Positions 45,236 through 55,513 of a DNA stretch of 64,000 nt are shown here, piece by piece (within the stretch, counting starts at the first letter, position 1; each line of letters begins with the position of its first letter). The position numbers and the translations under genes were made by a program. Under the pieces are notes generated by a model, which worked only from the letters and a program-made list of their open reading frames with translations, was not told the origin of the DNA and did not search any database. The stretch comes from Halarcobacter sp. (GTDB lineage: Bacteria; Campylobacterota; Campylobacteria; Campylobacterales; Arcobacteraceae), in NCBI GenBank assembly GCA_048571215.1, contig CP182352.1:2080001-2144000 (forward strand). The letters run 5' to 3'.

Positions 45236-45242
45236 GACTAAA

Positions 45243-45779
45243 TTATTTAGCTTTAATTACACCTACAACAGGAACTCTAGGATCTAAATAGCATGAAACA
45301 CCTTCTGGCATTTTAATATCTCTAATTAGAACATTGTCACCTGTATCAAGATCAGCAATTTGAATATGAAAAGATTCTGGTAAATTTTCAATTGTACATT
45401 TTACAGAAACTCTTTTCTTATGGAAAACAAATAGACCTTTGTTTTTAAGACCTTTTGGAGTACCTTCAACAGTTACTGGAACTTTATAGTTAGTTCTAAC
45501 ACCTGGTTGTGCAACCATTAAATCTACATGTAATAACTCAGAAGTAATAGGACCTTTTTGATACTCTTGAACTACTACTTTAAGTACATTATCACCAACT
45601 TTTACATCAAATGCAACAGAAGTTTTGTTTTTTAAAAATTTAATAAACTCATTTCTTTTAAATGCTGCGTTAATATTTTCTAAACCTTTTCCATAGATGT
45701 TTGCAATTAAGTAACCATCTCTTCTAAGAGATTTAGTTTCTTGTTTTGTCATACTATTTCTTACGATACCCTCTAACAT
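45243..45779 (-). CDS. rplY: 50S ribosomal protein L25/Ctc
   Basis: [19 protein letters not shown]; upstream of pth. Confidence 0.95.
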   Translation of the reverse strand: MLEGIVRNSMTKQETKSLRRDGYLIANIYGKGLENINAAFKRNEFIKFLKNKTSVAFDVKVGDNVLKVVVQEYQKGPITSELLHVDLMVAQPGVRTNYKVPVTVEGTPKGLKNKGLFVFHKKRVSVKCTIENLPESFHIQIADLDTGDNVLIRDIKMPEGVSCYLDPRVPVVGVIKAK

Positions 45780-45843
45780 AACTTTCCTTTGTTTTAAAAT
45801 AAGAGGCAGATTTTACTTAAAAAAAGCTAAATATTTGTTTAAA

Positions 45844-46221
45844 CTACCTTCTTTTATCAATATTTTTTATATAATAGTATAAAGACTTCAACTCTTCATC
45901 TGTTAGAAAATACGTTGGCATCACTTTTGATTCAGTTTTATCTGCAGTTAGTTTATCAATAAAGGTTTCAAAATCAACCTTATTTATAGCAGGAGCTATT
46001 ATGGATTTTTCTTCTAGTTTTTTACTCTTTGAACTTTTTTGTTTATATCTAGCTATAACAACCGGTTTATCACCTTTTTCATGACATTTTACACACCCTA
46101 CACCCCTTGGGTTTTCATATAACATTGCGCCATACTCAAACCTTGTTATAAATGAGTTATCAATCTGTTGTTGTGAAAATAAATAAGTTATTGAAAATAA
46201 GATAAAAAAAAGGTATTTCAA
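45844..46221 (-). CDS. Small periplasmic monoheme cytochrome c
   Basis: Signal peptide, CVKCH, distal VMPTY. Confidence 0.85.
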   Translation of the reverse strand: MKYLFFILFSITYLFSQQQIDNSFITRFEYGAMLYENPRGVGCVKCHEKGDKPVVIARYKQKSSKSKKLEEKSIIAPAINKVDFETFIDKLTADKTESKVMPTYFLTDEELKSLYYYIKNIDKRR

Positions 46222-46294
46222 TCTTAACCTTTATGTAAAAAATTTTTAGATATTATAGCAAGCTAAAATTAAAAAAATATGAGGCTACAAAGCA

Positions 46295-47155
46295 ATGACA
46301 ATACTAGATGGTAAAGCATTATCAGATAAAGTAAAAGAAGAAGTTAAAGTTGAAGTAGAGCAACTTCAAAAAGATAAACAAATCACTCCAGGCTTGGCGG
46401 TTATTTTAGTAGGAAATGATGCGGCAAGTGCAACATATGTGGGTATGAAAGCAAAATCATGTAAAAATGCAGGAATATATTCTGTAGTTCATGAGATGCC
46501 TGAGACTATCAGCCAAGATGAGATATTAGGGATTATTGATAGAATGAATAAAAACCCAAGTTTAGATGGTATCTTAGTTCAATTACCACTACCAAAACAA
46601 ATTGATACTACAACTATTCTTGAAGCTATTGATCCACTAAAAGATGTAGATGGATTCCACCCATACAATGTTGGAAGAATGGTTTCTAATCTTGATGCCT
46701 TTTTACCTGCAACTCCATTTGGTGTTATGAAATTACTTGAAGAGTACAAAATTAACGTAGTTGGAAAAAATGTATGTATTATTGGTGCATCTGACATAGT
46801 TGGAAAACCAATGGCTGCATTGATGATAAATGCAAAAGCAACTGTTGAAGTTTGTAATTCTAAAACAAAAGATTTAAAAGCACACACTTTAAATGCAGAT
46901 ATCTTAATAGTTGCAGCAGGTCGTGTAAATCTTATCACAGAAGATATGGTAAAAGATGATGCAATCGTTATTGATGTTGGTATCAATAGACTTGATACTG
47001 GTAAATTAGTTGGAGATGTTGACTTTGAATCTTGTAAAGATAAATGTTCATATATCACTCCTGTTCCTGGTGGGGTAGGACCAATGACTATTGCAATGCT
47101 TTTAAAAAACACCCTTAAAGCTGCAAAATTAAGAGAAGTAAGAGAATCAAAATAA
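46295..47155 (+). CDS. folD: Methylenetetrahydrofolate dehydrogenase/cyclohydrolase
   Basis: LVQLPLP, KDVDGFHP, DVGIN, TPVPGGVGPMT. Confidence 0.98.
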   Translation: MTILDGKALSDKVKEEVKVEVEQLQKDKQITPGLAVILVGNDAASATYVGMKAKSCKNAGIYSVVHEMPETISQDEILGIIDRMNKNPSLDGILVQLPLPKQIDTTTILEAIDPLKDVDGFHPYNVGRMVSNLDAFLPATPFGVMKLLEEYKINVVGKNVCIIGASDIVGKPMAALMINAKATVEVCNSKTKDLKAHTLNADILIVAAGRVNLITEDMVKDDAIVIDVGINRLDTGKLVGDVDFESCKDKCSYITPVPGGVGPMTIAMLLKNTLKAAKLREVRESK

Positions 47156-47156
47156 A

Positions 47157-47942
47157 ATGTTAAAAAAAATATACAACTGGTCATCTTCATGGACTGGTAC
47201 AATTGTAATTGTTCTAACAATTATCTTTTTTATTGCGCAAGCATTTGTTATTCCTAGTGGGAGTATGAAAAATACTCTTCTAATTGGAGATATGCTTTTT
47301 ATTAAAAAGTTTTCATATGGGATTCCAGTTCCTAGAATACCTTGGATAGAAGTTAAAGTGCTTCCTGATTTTAATGGAAATGGACACTTAATAGAAGGAC
47401 CTAAACCACAAAGGGGTGACATAGTTGTATTTAGGTATCCAAAAAATGATTCAATACATTATGTAAAAAGATGTGTTGCAACAGGTGGTGATATTGTAGC
47501 TTTAAAAGATAAACATCTAATTTTGCACCCAAAAGAGGGAAATGATTTTGTAAAAGCAAACTATCCAAAAGAGAATATTATTGAAAGTGGTGGAAAACTT
47601 TGGGTTGTAGATCCATATAGAAAAGAACATCCAGGTATTCATAATGACCCAAGTGTTACAAGAGATGGGCTTCAACCATATCAATTATTTGATATGTTAC
47701 CTATTCAAATCCCAGAAGGGGAGTTTTTTATGATGGGTGATAATAGAGACCACTCAAATGACTCAAGATTTTGGGGAACAGTTGAATATAAATATATAGT
47801 TGGAACACCATGGTTTATCTACTTTTCATGGAATGAAAACAAAGAGATTAGATGGGATAGAGTTTTTAGAAGTGTTAAATCTATTGAAAAAGATATGAAT
47901 GGTAAAAAAATCGAAATAAATCATAAAGAGGGAATTTATTAA
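47157..47942 (+). CDS. lepB: Signal peptidase I
   Basis: IPSGSM, YVKR, GDNRDHSNDSRFWG. Confidence 0.97.
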   Translation: MLKKIYNWSSSWTGTIVIVLTIIFFIAQAFVIPSGSMKNTLLIGDMLFIKKFSYGIPVPRIPWIEVKVLPDFNGNGHLIEGPKPQRGDIVVFRYPKNDSIHYVKRCVATGGDIVALKDKHLILHPKEGNDFVKANYPKENIIESGGKLWVVDPYRKEHPGIHNDPSVTRDGLQPYQLFDMLPIQIPEGEFFMMGDNRDHSNDSRFWGTVEYKYIVGTPWFIYFSWNENKEIRWDRVFRSVKSIEKDMNGKKIEINHKEGIY

Positions 47943-48391
47943 TGAAATATTTTATTGGAGCAGATCACGCTGGTATAAATATAAAAGCATATGTAAAAGA
48001 GCTATTTGAAGCTAGAGGTCACGAAGTTATAGACTTAGGACCAAATACAAAAGATAGAGTAGATTATCCAGATTTTGCAGCAAAAGTTTGTAAAGAAGTA
48101 CTTTCAAATGAAGGAAGTAAAGGGATTTTAATCTGTGGTTCAGGAATAGGTATGTCTATGGCAGCAAATAAATTTGATGGTATTAGAGCTGCACTTTGTC
48201 ACAATGAATACTCTGCAAAAATGGCAAGAGAACACAACGATGCAAATGTTATTTGTCTAGGGGAAAGAGTTTCAGGCTATGGTATGGTTGAAGCGATTAT
48301 TGAAGCTTGGGACAAAGCCTCTTTTGAGGGTGGAAGACATGAAGGTAGAGTTGAAAAGATAAATAATCTTTTTGGAAGCTGTAGAGCTTAA
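47942..48391 (+). CDS. rpiB: Ribose-5-phosphate isomerase B
   Basis: DHAG, DYPD, CGSGIG, HNDANV, GGRH. Confidence 0.97.
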   Translation: MKYFIGADHAGINIKAYVKELFEARGHEVIDLGPNTKDRVDYPDFAAKVCKEVLSNEGSKGILICGSGIGMSMAANKFDGIRAALCHNEYSAKMAREHNDANVICLGERVSGYGMVEAIIEAWDKASFEGGRHEGRVEKINNLFGSCRA

Positions 48392-48399
48392 TCCCTAAA

Positions 48400-48426
48400 G
48401 AGACTTGAAATTATCTTTCAAGTCTC
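48400..48426. terminator. Hairpin between the convergent rpiB and GNAT genes
   Basis: gagacttgaaa-ttatc-tttcaagtctc. Confidence 0.65.
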
Positions 48427-48833
48427 ATCATGACCCCATCCTCATCACCATAATAAGCCTCTAAATTTTTATATATCTTAAAGCCAAACTTTTCGTATAA
48501 CTTAATAGCTTTTTTATTTGATTTTCTAACTTCTAATTGCATATTTTTAGATTCAAGATTTTCTAAACTATATTCAAGAAGTTTTGAAGCAATACCCAAA
48601 GCCCTATACTGAACTAAAACAGCAAGGGAATACAATCTAAAAAAATCTTTTCTTTCTAACCATAAAATATATGCAACAATTTTTTCATCAATAACAACTT
48701 TATATATAAAATTTGTATTTATATGATAATAAAATCCACTAAGACCGATAGCCATACAATCATTTTTAAATACTTTATTTTCTAAATCAAAAAGCTCTTT
48801 TGCATCACTTTTGACTGCTTTAGTTATTTTCAT
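48411..48833 (-). CDS. GNAT N-acetyltransferase (RimI-like)
   Basis: LAV..QYRALGIAS.LL, LEVRKSN..AIKLYEKFGF. Confidence 0.88.
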   Translation of the reverse strand: MKITKAVKSDAKELFDLENKVFKNDCMAIGLSGFYYHINTNFIYKVVIDEKIVAYILWLERKDFFRLYSLAVLVQYRALGIASKLLEYSLENLESKNMQLEVRKSNKKAIKLYEKFGFKIYKNLEAYYGDEDGVMMRLER

Positions 48834-49810
48834 TTTTGATAAATTGTATATTTAGGAACTAACTTATTAGGTCTATATGACATTTTTACTTTTTTAAGAT
48901 TTTCAAATCCCATATCATCTCCCACATTTATATACTCAACACTATACCTATCTTTTAAAATTTTTGTAAACTCTCGAAAAATAAACTGAGCACAACCCAA
49001 TACTTCAAAATCAGTTTTTTCTATAATAACACTTGCTGTTTGCTCGTTGATTTTTTCTCCTACTGTGAAACCTTTTAATTCATTATCAATATAAATAACT
49101 AAACCTACAATATCAAGGTTCTCATAGTCATTTACAAGCCTTTTAATTGCAAATCTTTCAAAATATATTCCATCTAAAAAGATTTCAACCTCCTCTTTTG
49201 GCATATAAGTGGTTCTATCTTTTACCCACTTATTAAAAAGTCCCAACACTTCATTTCCATGTTTAGATTTATCTAAAACTTCAATTCTATGCTCTGGATA
49301 TATTTTTTTAAATTTATTTATTTCATTTCTTTTTGATTTATAAGAATCCCCTTTTAAATCAATCAAATCATCAACTTTGTATATATAATCCACAAGTTTT
49401 TTCTCAATAATAAAATCTTTTAACATCTCATAGATTAAAGTCCCCTCCTCTAAATAATCAACAAAACCTTCAAGAATATCTTCATGAACATACTCAATTT
49501 TTGAATAATTTTTATTACTATTGTGAGCATTCATTATCTCAAAACAATTAATTATCGCTTCGTAGGTATTCTCTTTTTTTCCAATTGGTGGCAAAAGCAT
49601 AGTTAACTCACCAGAATTAAGAATAAATAAACAAAAAGTTTCATTTACTATTGTATAAAATCCTGTTGCAGTTGAAAGCCAAATATAGTTTCCTGCAAAA
49701 GTATAATCACTCACATCTACATTTATCAGTTTTAGATACTTATTCATAGTATCCCTAGCATTTAAATCAAAATGCTTTAAAGTATAGTTGCTTATTGTCA
49801 ATGTTGACAT
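48830..49810 (-). CDS. DUF2156 / phosphatidylglycerol lysyltransferase C-terminal-like soluble protein
   Basis: DYIYKVDDLIDLKG..YKSKRNEINKF, IEK, YINVGDDMGFENLKKVKMSYRP. Confidence 0.85.
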   Translation of the reverse strand: MSTLTISNYTLKHFDLNARDTMNKYLKLINVDVSDYTFAGNYIWLSTATGFYTIVNETFCLFILNSGELTMLLPPIGKKENTYEAIINCFEIMNAHNSNKNYSKIEYVHEDILEGFVDYLEEGTLIYEMLKDFIIEKKLVDYIYKVDDLIDLKGDSYKSKRNEINKFKKIYPEHRIEVLDKSKHGNEVLGLFNKWVKDRTTYMPKEEVEIFLDGIYFERFAIKRLVNDYENLDIVGLVIYIDNELKGFTVGEKINEQTASVIIEKTDFEVLGCAQFIFREFTKILKDRYSVEYINVGDDMGFENLKKVKMSYRPNKLVPKYTIYQK

Positions 49811-49948
49811 TTAAATCTTTTCCTTATATTAAATATTTTCGCAATTATACATCCAATTTTCAATTTTGCGTCAAAAAGAAAAAAATTTTATACTAAGCAC
49901 CTATTTATCAATATTATGGGATAATCAAATCAAAAAAAAGAAAAGATT

Positions 49949-50065
49949 ATGAGAGAAGATTGGCTTGCTTATGTAGTAGTTTTAAGTGTTGTTGCCCTAA
50001 TGATACTTGGAAAAAAGATGATGTTCTTTCATGATGATTCAAATGACAAAAAAGAGGATAAATGA
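49949..50065 (+). CDS. Unannotated 38-aa single-TM small protein
   Basis: MREDWLAYVVVLSVVALMILGKKMMFFHDDSNDKKEDK*; its TGA overlaps the ATG of the HD gene (ATGA). Confidence 0.6.
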   Translation: MREDWLAYVVVLSVVALMILGKKMMFFHDDSNDKKEDK

Positions 50066-51288
50066 TAAATCCAAAAATAATTGATTATATATTTTCTTCT
50101 GCTTCAATTCAACGATGGAATGATTATCCAAGAATGGTTGAACTTGTAGAACTTGATAAACAAGCCCATAAATTTATAATCGCATATTTTATAGCAAAAC
50201 TTGAAAAAGATGTAAACTTTACCCACCTAATAGAAGCTGGGATTTTTGAATTTTTAAGACGTGTAGTAGTAACAGATATACGACCAGATGTATTTAGAAA
50301 TGCTTTAAAGAAAAAAGAAAAAGAGATAAATACTTGGGTTATAAGTAATCTAGAAAAATCCCTAAAAGATATTGATGATGGTATTTTTCTTCAAAAATTT
50401 GAAGATTATCTAAATAACCCAGAGATGTACAAAAAAGAGAGATTTATTTTAAAAGCTGCTTCATATCTATCGACAAAATGGGAGTTTTCTATAGTATATC
50501 AAACCTCTAAATTTTTATCTGATATTGAAGAGGTTAAAAAAAGTGTTGAAGAGGAGATTGAAGACTATTATGAGCTAATAGGAGTACGAAAAATTGCTCT
50601 AAATAAAAAATTAGCAAAAGTGGTTGACCTAAGTGGAAGACTTAGATTTCAAAAAAGATGGGCACAAACTCCAAGAATCCCAGAAACTTCAGTACTAGGA
50701 CATATGCTCACCGTTGCAGTTTTTTCTTACTTTTACTCACTTAAGGTAAATGCTTGTAAAAAAAGATTAGAAAACAACTTTTTTGTATCACTATTCCATG
50801 ATTTACCAGAAGCCCTTACAAGGGATATTATAACTCCTGTAAAATATAGCGTAGATAAATTATCAGAAATAATAGCAGAATATGAAATCAAAAAAATAAA
50901 TGAAGAGATTCTACCAAACTTGCCAGAATCAATCCATGATGAGTTTTGTTACTACCTTGGCTTATATGATGGCATAAAAGATGAGTTTTTAAATAAAATC
51001 TATGTGGATAAAATAGAAGTTGTAGATGATATTTCTAAATACAATATGGATAAATATAATCCAATAGATGGGAAAGCATTAAAACAATGCGACAAACTCT
51101 CAGCCTTTGTTGAAGCCTCTTTATCAATCTCTCATGGTATAAAATCAAAAGAGTTAGTAAATGGTAAAAAACAGATTATGAAATCTCTAAAAGAGGTACA
51201 AGATGTGGACTTTTTAGCACTGGCAAAACAAATAGATGAAGAGTTTTGTACAACAGGACAAACCCAAGTTAGAATGGATTTTGATTAA
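50062..51288 (+). CDS. Tandem HD-domain phosphohydrolase
   Basis: SIQRWND and FQKRWAQ half-repeats; SVLGH, LFHDLPEA, CDKL. Confidence 0.85.
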   Translation: MINPKIIDYIFSSASIQRWNDYPRMVELVELDKQAHKFIIAYFIAKLEKDVNFTHLIEAGIFEFLRRVVVTDIRPDVFRNALKKKEKEINTWVISNLEKSLKDIDDGIFLQKFEDYLNNPEMYKKERFILKAASYLSTKWEFSIVYQTSKFLSDIEEVKKSVEEEIEDYYELIGVRKIALNKKLAKVVDLSGRLRFQKRWAQTPRIPETSVLGHMLTVAVFSYFYSLKVNACKKRLENNFFVSLFHDLPEALTRDIITPVKYSVDKLSEIIAEYEIKKINEEILPNLPESIHDEFCYYLGLYDGIKDEFLNKIYVDKIEVVDDISKYNMDKYNPIDGKALKQCDKLSAFVEASLSISHGIKSKELVNGKKQIMKSLKEVQDVDFLALAKQIDEEFCTTGQTQVRMDFD

Positions 51289-51305
51289 TCATCTTTTTAT
51301 CAAAT

Positions 51306-52637
51306 TTACATAAGAATTGTTTTTGCAAGATACAAAAAGATAAAAAAACCAAAGATATCAGTTGTTGTTGTAAGCAAAACAGAGGAAGCTATTGCTGGGT
51401 CTATTCCTATTCTTTTTAGGATCAAAGGTATAAAAGCTCCTACTGTTCCTGCAACTAAAAGATTAACATACATTGCAAGAGCGATTACTAAAGAGAGCAT
51501 CTTATCATCAAACCAAAAATAGGTTATACAAGATACAAGAATAGCTATTACTAAACCATTGATTAGGACAATTGATACTTCCCTTTTAAGTACACCAAAA
51601 ACCTTTGATAGTTCCACCTCTCCAAGGGCCAGTTTTCTTATTGTTACTGTCATTGCTTGCATACCTGCATTTCCACCTAAAGCTGCAACAAGAGGTAAAA
51701 GTGCAGCTAAGGCAATATATGAAGATATTGTATCTTTGAACTTATCTATTACAAACGAAGCGGTGATTATTGTTCCTAGATTTATAAACAACCAAAGTAG
51801 ACGCATCTTTTGAGCTGAGAAAAAACTCTCCTCCTCTGCTTCATCATCTACACCTGCTAATTTATATACTTGATCTGTATGAAGTCTTTGGGTTAACTCA
51901 TAAATATCATCATATAAAATCCGACCTATTAAAATTCCCTTTTCATCTACAACAGCAAGTACACTTAAATCGAACTCATTAAATAATCTAACCACTTCAT
52001 CCACATGGGTAGTAGGCTGAATACTCAAAGGTAGATGGGGTTTAAGTTCTTCTACAATCTCTTTGATAGTGGTATTATCCTCAAATAGTATCATATCAGA
52101 AAAATGTAAGGTAGCAACAAATTTATTGTGTTCATCAGTAACAAACAATTTGATAATATGACTACTCTCTTCCTCTTTTCTAAAAGTTCGTACACTATTT
52201 TTTACATCTTTTAAACTATCCAAAAAAGTTGCACAGAGTAACTCTTTTTGCATATAAGCACCTGCTTGAGTTTCATCATATGAAGATAGTTCCAAATACT
52301 CATCATGCTCTTTTTTATTCATAAGTTTATAAAGTTTTTTTGCATATTTTTCATCTAAATTTTCTAATCGTTGCAAAAAGTCAGTCATAATATCACTAGG
52401 AGTTTGTACTAAAGCTTTGTTTATTCTATGAACAGATAACCTATCAATAGCTTCTAAAAATGTCTCACTAGATAGTTCTAAAAAAAGTGAAATTAAATAC
52501 TTATCTTGAACTTTAACTAAGGTTGAAAAAAAAAGTCCAATATCTGTATCCAATAGCTCTTCAAGTTGCTTTGCCATGGTAGTTGGATTGAATTGTGGAA
52601 TTTGTGTTTTATTTTTATTATTTCTTTTTATTATCAT
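51306..52637 (-). CDS. mgtE: Magnesium transporter MgtE
   Basis: CBS pair; GGNAGMQ; DPAIASSVLLTTTTD. Confidence 0.95.
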   Translation of the reverse strand: MIIKRNNKNKTQIPQFNPTTMAKQLEELLDTDIGLFFSTLVKVQDKYLISLFLELSSETFLEAIDRLSVHRINKALVQTPSDIMTDFLQRLENLDEKYAKKLYKLMNKKEHDEYLELSSYDETQAGAYMQKELLCATFLDSLKDVKNSVRTFRKEEESSHIIKLFVTDEHNKFVATLHFSDMILFEDNTTIKEIVEELKPHLPLSIQPTTHVDEVVRLFNEFDLSVLAVVDEKGILIGRILYDDIYELTQRLHTDQVYKLAGVDDEAEEESFFSAQKMRLLWLFINLGTIITASFVIDKFKDTISSYIALAALLPLVAALGGNAGMQAMTVTIRKLALGEVELSKVFGVLKREVSIVLINGLVIAILVSCITYFWFDDKMLSLVIALAMYVNLLVAGTVGAFIPLILKRIGIDPAIASSVLLTTTTDIFGFFIFLYLAKTILM

Positions 52638-52719
52638 CTCATATTATCAATACATATTTAGATTTGGGCGATTATATATTATATTGATAACAATACTATT
52701 ACAAAAGTTTAAATATGGT

Positions 52720-52750
52720 TAAAATATAGCTTATTAAAAGCTATATTTTA
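52720..52750 (-). terminator. Hairpin at the end of the TonB receptor gene
   Basis: taaaatatagctt-attaa-aagctatatttta. Confidence 0.6.
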
Positions 52751-54686
52751 AATTTAGATACATATATCTACCTGGGTCATTAAAAAGTTCTGTAGTTCCC
52801 ACCCCAATATATTTTATATCATTATAGGTATTTGTTGAGGCATATGTTTTATCAAAAATATTATCTACACCTAATGTGATGTCAAAGTTTTTATTGATTT
52901 TATAGTTATATTTAGCATTTACAACTGCATATCCACCAAGCTCTTGTTCCCCATTGTCACTATCATAATTATCCCAAGAATCAACAGCTACAACTTGAGT
53001 AGTGAACATACTTGAACCAGACTCATAATTTAATGATAAGTTTACTTTTAGTGGTGGAATTTCAGCTAAATCTTTATCTGTTTGTCCAACTAACGCTTTA
53101 TCTTTTTTCCCTTTTTGATAAGCCAATCCAAAATCTAAACTAAACTCATCATTAAACATATAAAGCCCTGAAACCTCTATACCATAAATATCTGCATCGA
53201 TATTTTCAAAACTTGTACCATTATTGTTATAGATATAATCTTTTAACATTGAATAAAATGTTTTTGTTTTAATAGAGAAATTCTCATATGTTTTTTCAAC
53301 TCCCAAATCAATCTCATAGTTTTTTGTACTCTTAAGATTTTGATTTCCTGAACCACTATAGTATAACTCTCTTGCATCTGGAACTCTTGAAGATTTACCT
53401 ACACCTGCAAAAAACTTTGTACTAGTATCTAAATTATACACAGCAAAAACATTTGCATTTAAGTCATTATAATCATTGTCTTTTTTTGTTATATCTGCTA
53501 CATCTACAGAAGTATGATCATATCTTGCACCAAATTCTAAATCAAATTTATCTATAGTTTTTTTATAAGTTGTGAAAATTGCCTTATTATCAGTATCTGT
53601 TGAAGATAAACTAACAGTATTTACACTTAGGTCACTGTTATATTTTCTACCTTTCCAGTTTCTAATACTAGTGTCTAAACCAACACTCAACTCCCCATTT
53701 GCTACATCAAGAGTATTTTTAAGTTTTGCACCCCAAATTGATGATTTCATATGGTTTGTCATATTTTTCATCATCATTGCACCATTTCTATGTCTAACAC
53801 TCATTGGGTGATCAACTTTAGAATAATAGTACTCTAAATTAAGAAGTTTTGAGTATTTTCCTAAATCTCTTTTTTCATAATCTAAGGTAAAAATATCAGA
53901 ATCATCATAATCAGCATCCATAGGTGTATTTGGATATAAAACATCATCACTTCTATTTGCAGTATATGAAACAGCAATATCTGAACTATCATCTATATCA
54001 AATATAAGTTTTGATAAAACAGTTTTTTTCTCATAGGCATCAAGACTGCTACTTGAATATCTATTTGGTACAGGAACACCATGTTTGATTTGTTGTTCTA
54101 AGAAATTGTCCCCATCTCCATCTTTATATTGATCTGAAGTTTCTTTTGAAGCAGACAATAAGAATCTAACATAATCATTCCCTCCACTTACACTAAATGA
54201 ACCTTTTTTATAGCCAAAACTTCCGACATTTAGATTTATATCTCCACTTAACTCTTTTGTTGGTTCTTTGGTTTTTATTTTTACTAAACCACTTAAAGTA
54301 CCAAAGTTTTCAACATCATAAGGTCCCTCTATAACTTCAACACTCTCAACATTGTTTGCTAAGATATGAGAAGTTGGTGGGTCCATTCTATTAGGACAAG
54401 CCCCATAAATCTTGCTATTATCTATCAAGATATTTATATTATCTTTTTTTTGCCCTCTTAATATAATATCATTTGCTATACCACTTCGTCTTACTATAGA
54501 AATAGAAGGAACATGCTTTGTTAAAGCTTCAGCTAAATCAGCTGATTTTATATCTTCTGAACTAATATCTTTTACAACTTGTGTATTTATCTTTTCACTT
54601 ACCTCAATAGTTTGAGTTGTTATCTCATCACTAGCACAAACAAGTGATGCACAAATTATAGAAAAACTAATAATTTTTTTCATCAT
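52734..54686 (-). CDS. TonB-dependent receptor, OprC/NosA-like (copper)
   Basis: Signal peptide; plug GACPNRMDPP (CxxxM); HPM motif; C-terminal YSF. Confidence 0.82.
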   Translation of the reverse strand: MMKKIISFSIICASLVCASDEITTQTIEVSEKINTQVVKDISSEDIKSADLAEALTKHVPSISIVRRSGIANDIILRGQKKDNINILIDNSKIYGACPNRMDPPTSHILANNVESVEVIEGPYDVENFGTLSGLVKIKTKEPTKELSGDINLNVGSFGYKKGSFSVSGGNDYVRFLLSASKETSDQYKDGDGDNFLEQQIKHGVPVPNRYSSSSLDAYEKKTVLSKLIFDIDDSSDIAVSYTANRSDDVLYPNTPMDADYDDSDIFTLDYEKRDLGKYSKLLNLEYYYSKVDHPMSVRHRNGAMMMKNMTNHMKSSIWGAKLKNTLDVANGELSVGLDTSIRNWKGRKYNSDLSVNTVSLSSTDTDNKAIFTTYKKTIDKFDLEFGARYDHTSVDVADITKKDNDYNDLNANVFAVYNLDTSTKFFAGVGKSSRVPDARELYYSGSGNQNLKSTKNYEIDLGVEKTYENFSIKTKTFYSMLKDYIYNNNGTSFENIDADIYGIEVSGLYMFNDEFSLDFGLAYQKGKKDKALVGQTDKDLAEIPPLKVNLSLNYESGSSMFTTQVVAVDSWDNYDSDNGEQELGGYAVVNAKYNYKINKNFDITLGVDNIFDKTYASTNTYNDIKYIGVGTTELFNDPGRYMYLNLKYSF

Positions 54687-54813
54687 TAACCTTTTATTTT
54701 TTTTTAATTCTATTTAACCTTTGTTAATTAGATGTTAATTTTTAGCTTAGTTTAAGTTGTTATCTAAAAAAATATTTTCTAATTTTATGATATACTTGAA
54801 AAAAAGGATGTTT

Positions 54814-55095
54814 ATGGCAAAAATCACTCTTGATATTGATGAAAAAAATATTTCAACTGTAATGAATATTTTAAAAAATTTAAAAGTAGGTTTGATTAAA
54901 AATATAACTCAAGAACAAATAAAACCTATATCATCTTCAATTTCAAATGTAAATAATAAAAAATATATATCTAAGGAAACCTATAAAAAAAGATTAAACC
55001 AAGATGTTTTAGAAGATGAATTTTTACCAAAATCAACTTCTTCAAAAAGGTACTTAACACCTAACGAATTTAAAAATAAATTAAATAGGAAATAA
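54814..55095 (+). CDS. Hypothetical protein (93 aa)
   Basis: Start re-called at ATG 54814 behind AAAGGA; internal repeat KYISKETYKKRL / RYLTPNEFKNKL. Confidence 0.7.
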   Translation: MAKITLDIDEKNISTVMNILKNLKVGLIKNITQEQIKPISSSISNVNNKKYISKETYKKRLNQDVLEDEFLPKSTSSKRYLTPNEFKNKLNRK

Positions 55096-55099
55096 TCAA

Positions 55100-55510
55100 A
55101 TGCAAATAATGATAACCTTTATAGTTTCAGCTATCTTGCTGATACTTATAATATATAAAATAAATAATAGATTTCAAATGAAAGAGTTTTTGGTTTTTAT
55201 AGGAATAGTAATTGTATCTATAACATTAACTTGGTATTTTCTAGAAGAAAATAAAAATAAAGTACCCCAATTATTTAAAACAAAATATGAAAAAGATAAA
55301 GGTGTGAAAATAGATAAACTCTCTTTTGAAAGAGTTAATAATAAAACTTTATCATCAAATACAAACTTTATTTATAACTTTGATTTTATTGTTTTAAAAG
55401 ATGGAAAAGAGTTTGTTTGTACCATAAAAAATGTAAAAATAAGAAAAATAGAAGATGAATTTATTTTTGATAATTATGATAATTTAAAGCAGGAGTGTAA
55501 AGAGAATTAA
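55100..55510 (+). CDS. Hypothetical membrane protein
   Basis: Two N-terminal hydrophobic segments; 136 aa; operon-like spacing. Confidence 0.75.
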   Translation: MQIMITFIVSAILLILIIYKINNRFQMKEFLVFIGIVIVSITLTWYFLEENKNKVPQLFKTKYEKDKGVKIDKLSFERVNNKTLSSNTNFIYNFDFIVLKDGKEFVCTIKNVKIRKIEDEFIFDNYDNLKQECKEN

Positions 55511-55513
55511 TTT

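Noticed and set aside
46579..47220. 213-aa minus-strand ORF
   Set aside because: Antisense shadow of folD/lepB
52638..52733. Mg-sensing riboswitch or leader upstream of mgtE
   Set aside because: The gap is short and holds only a terminator and a -10 box; no M-box-like structure seen
54704..54738. TTAA at 10-11 bp spacing upstream of the TonB receptor as a regulator site
   Set aside because: Low information content in very AT-rich DNA; periodic AT signals are normal in Campylobacterota promoters
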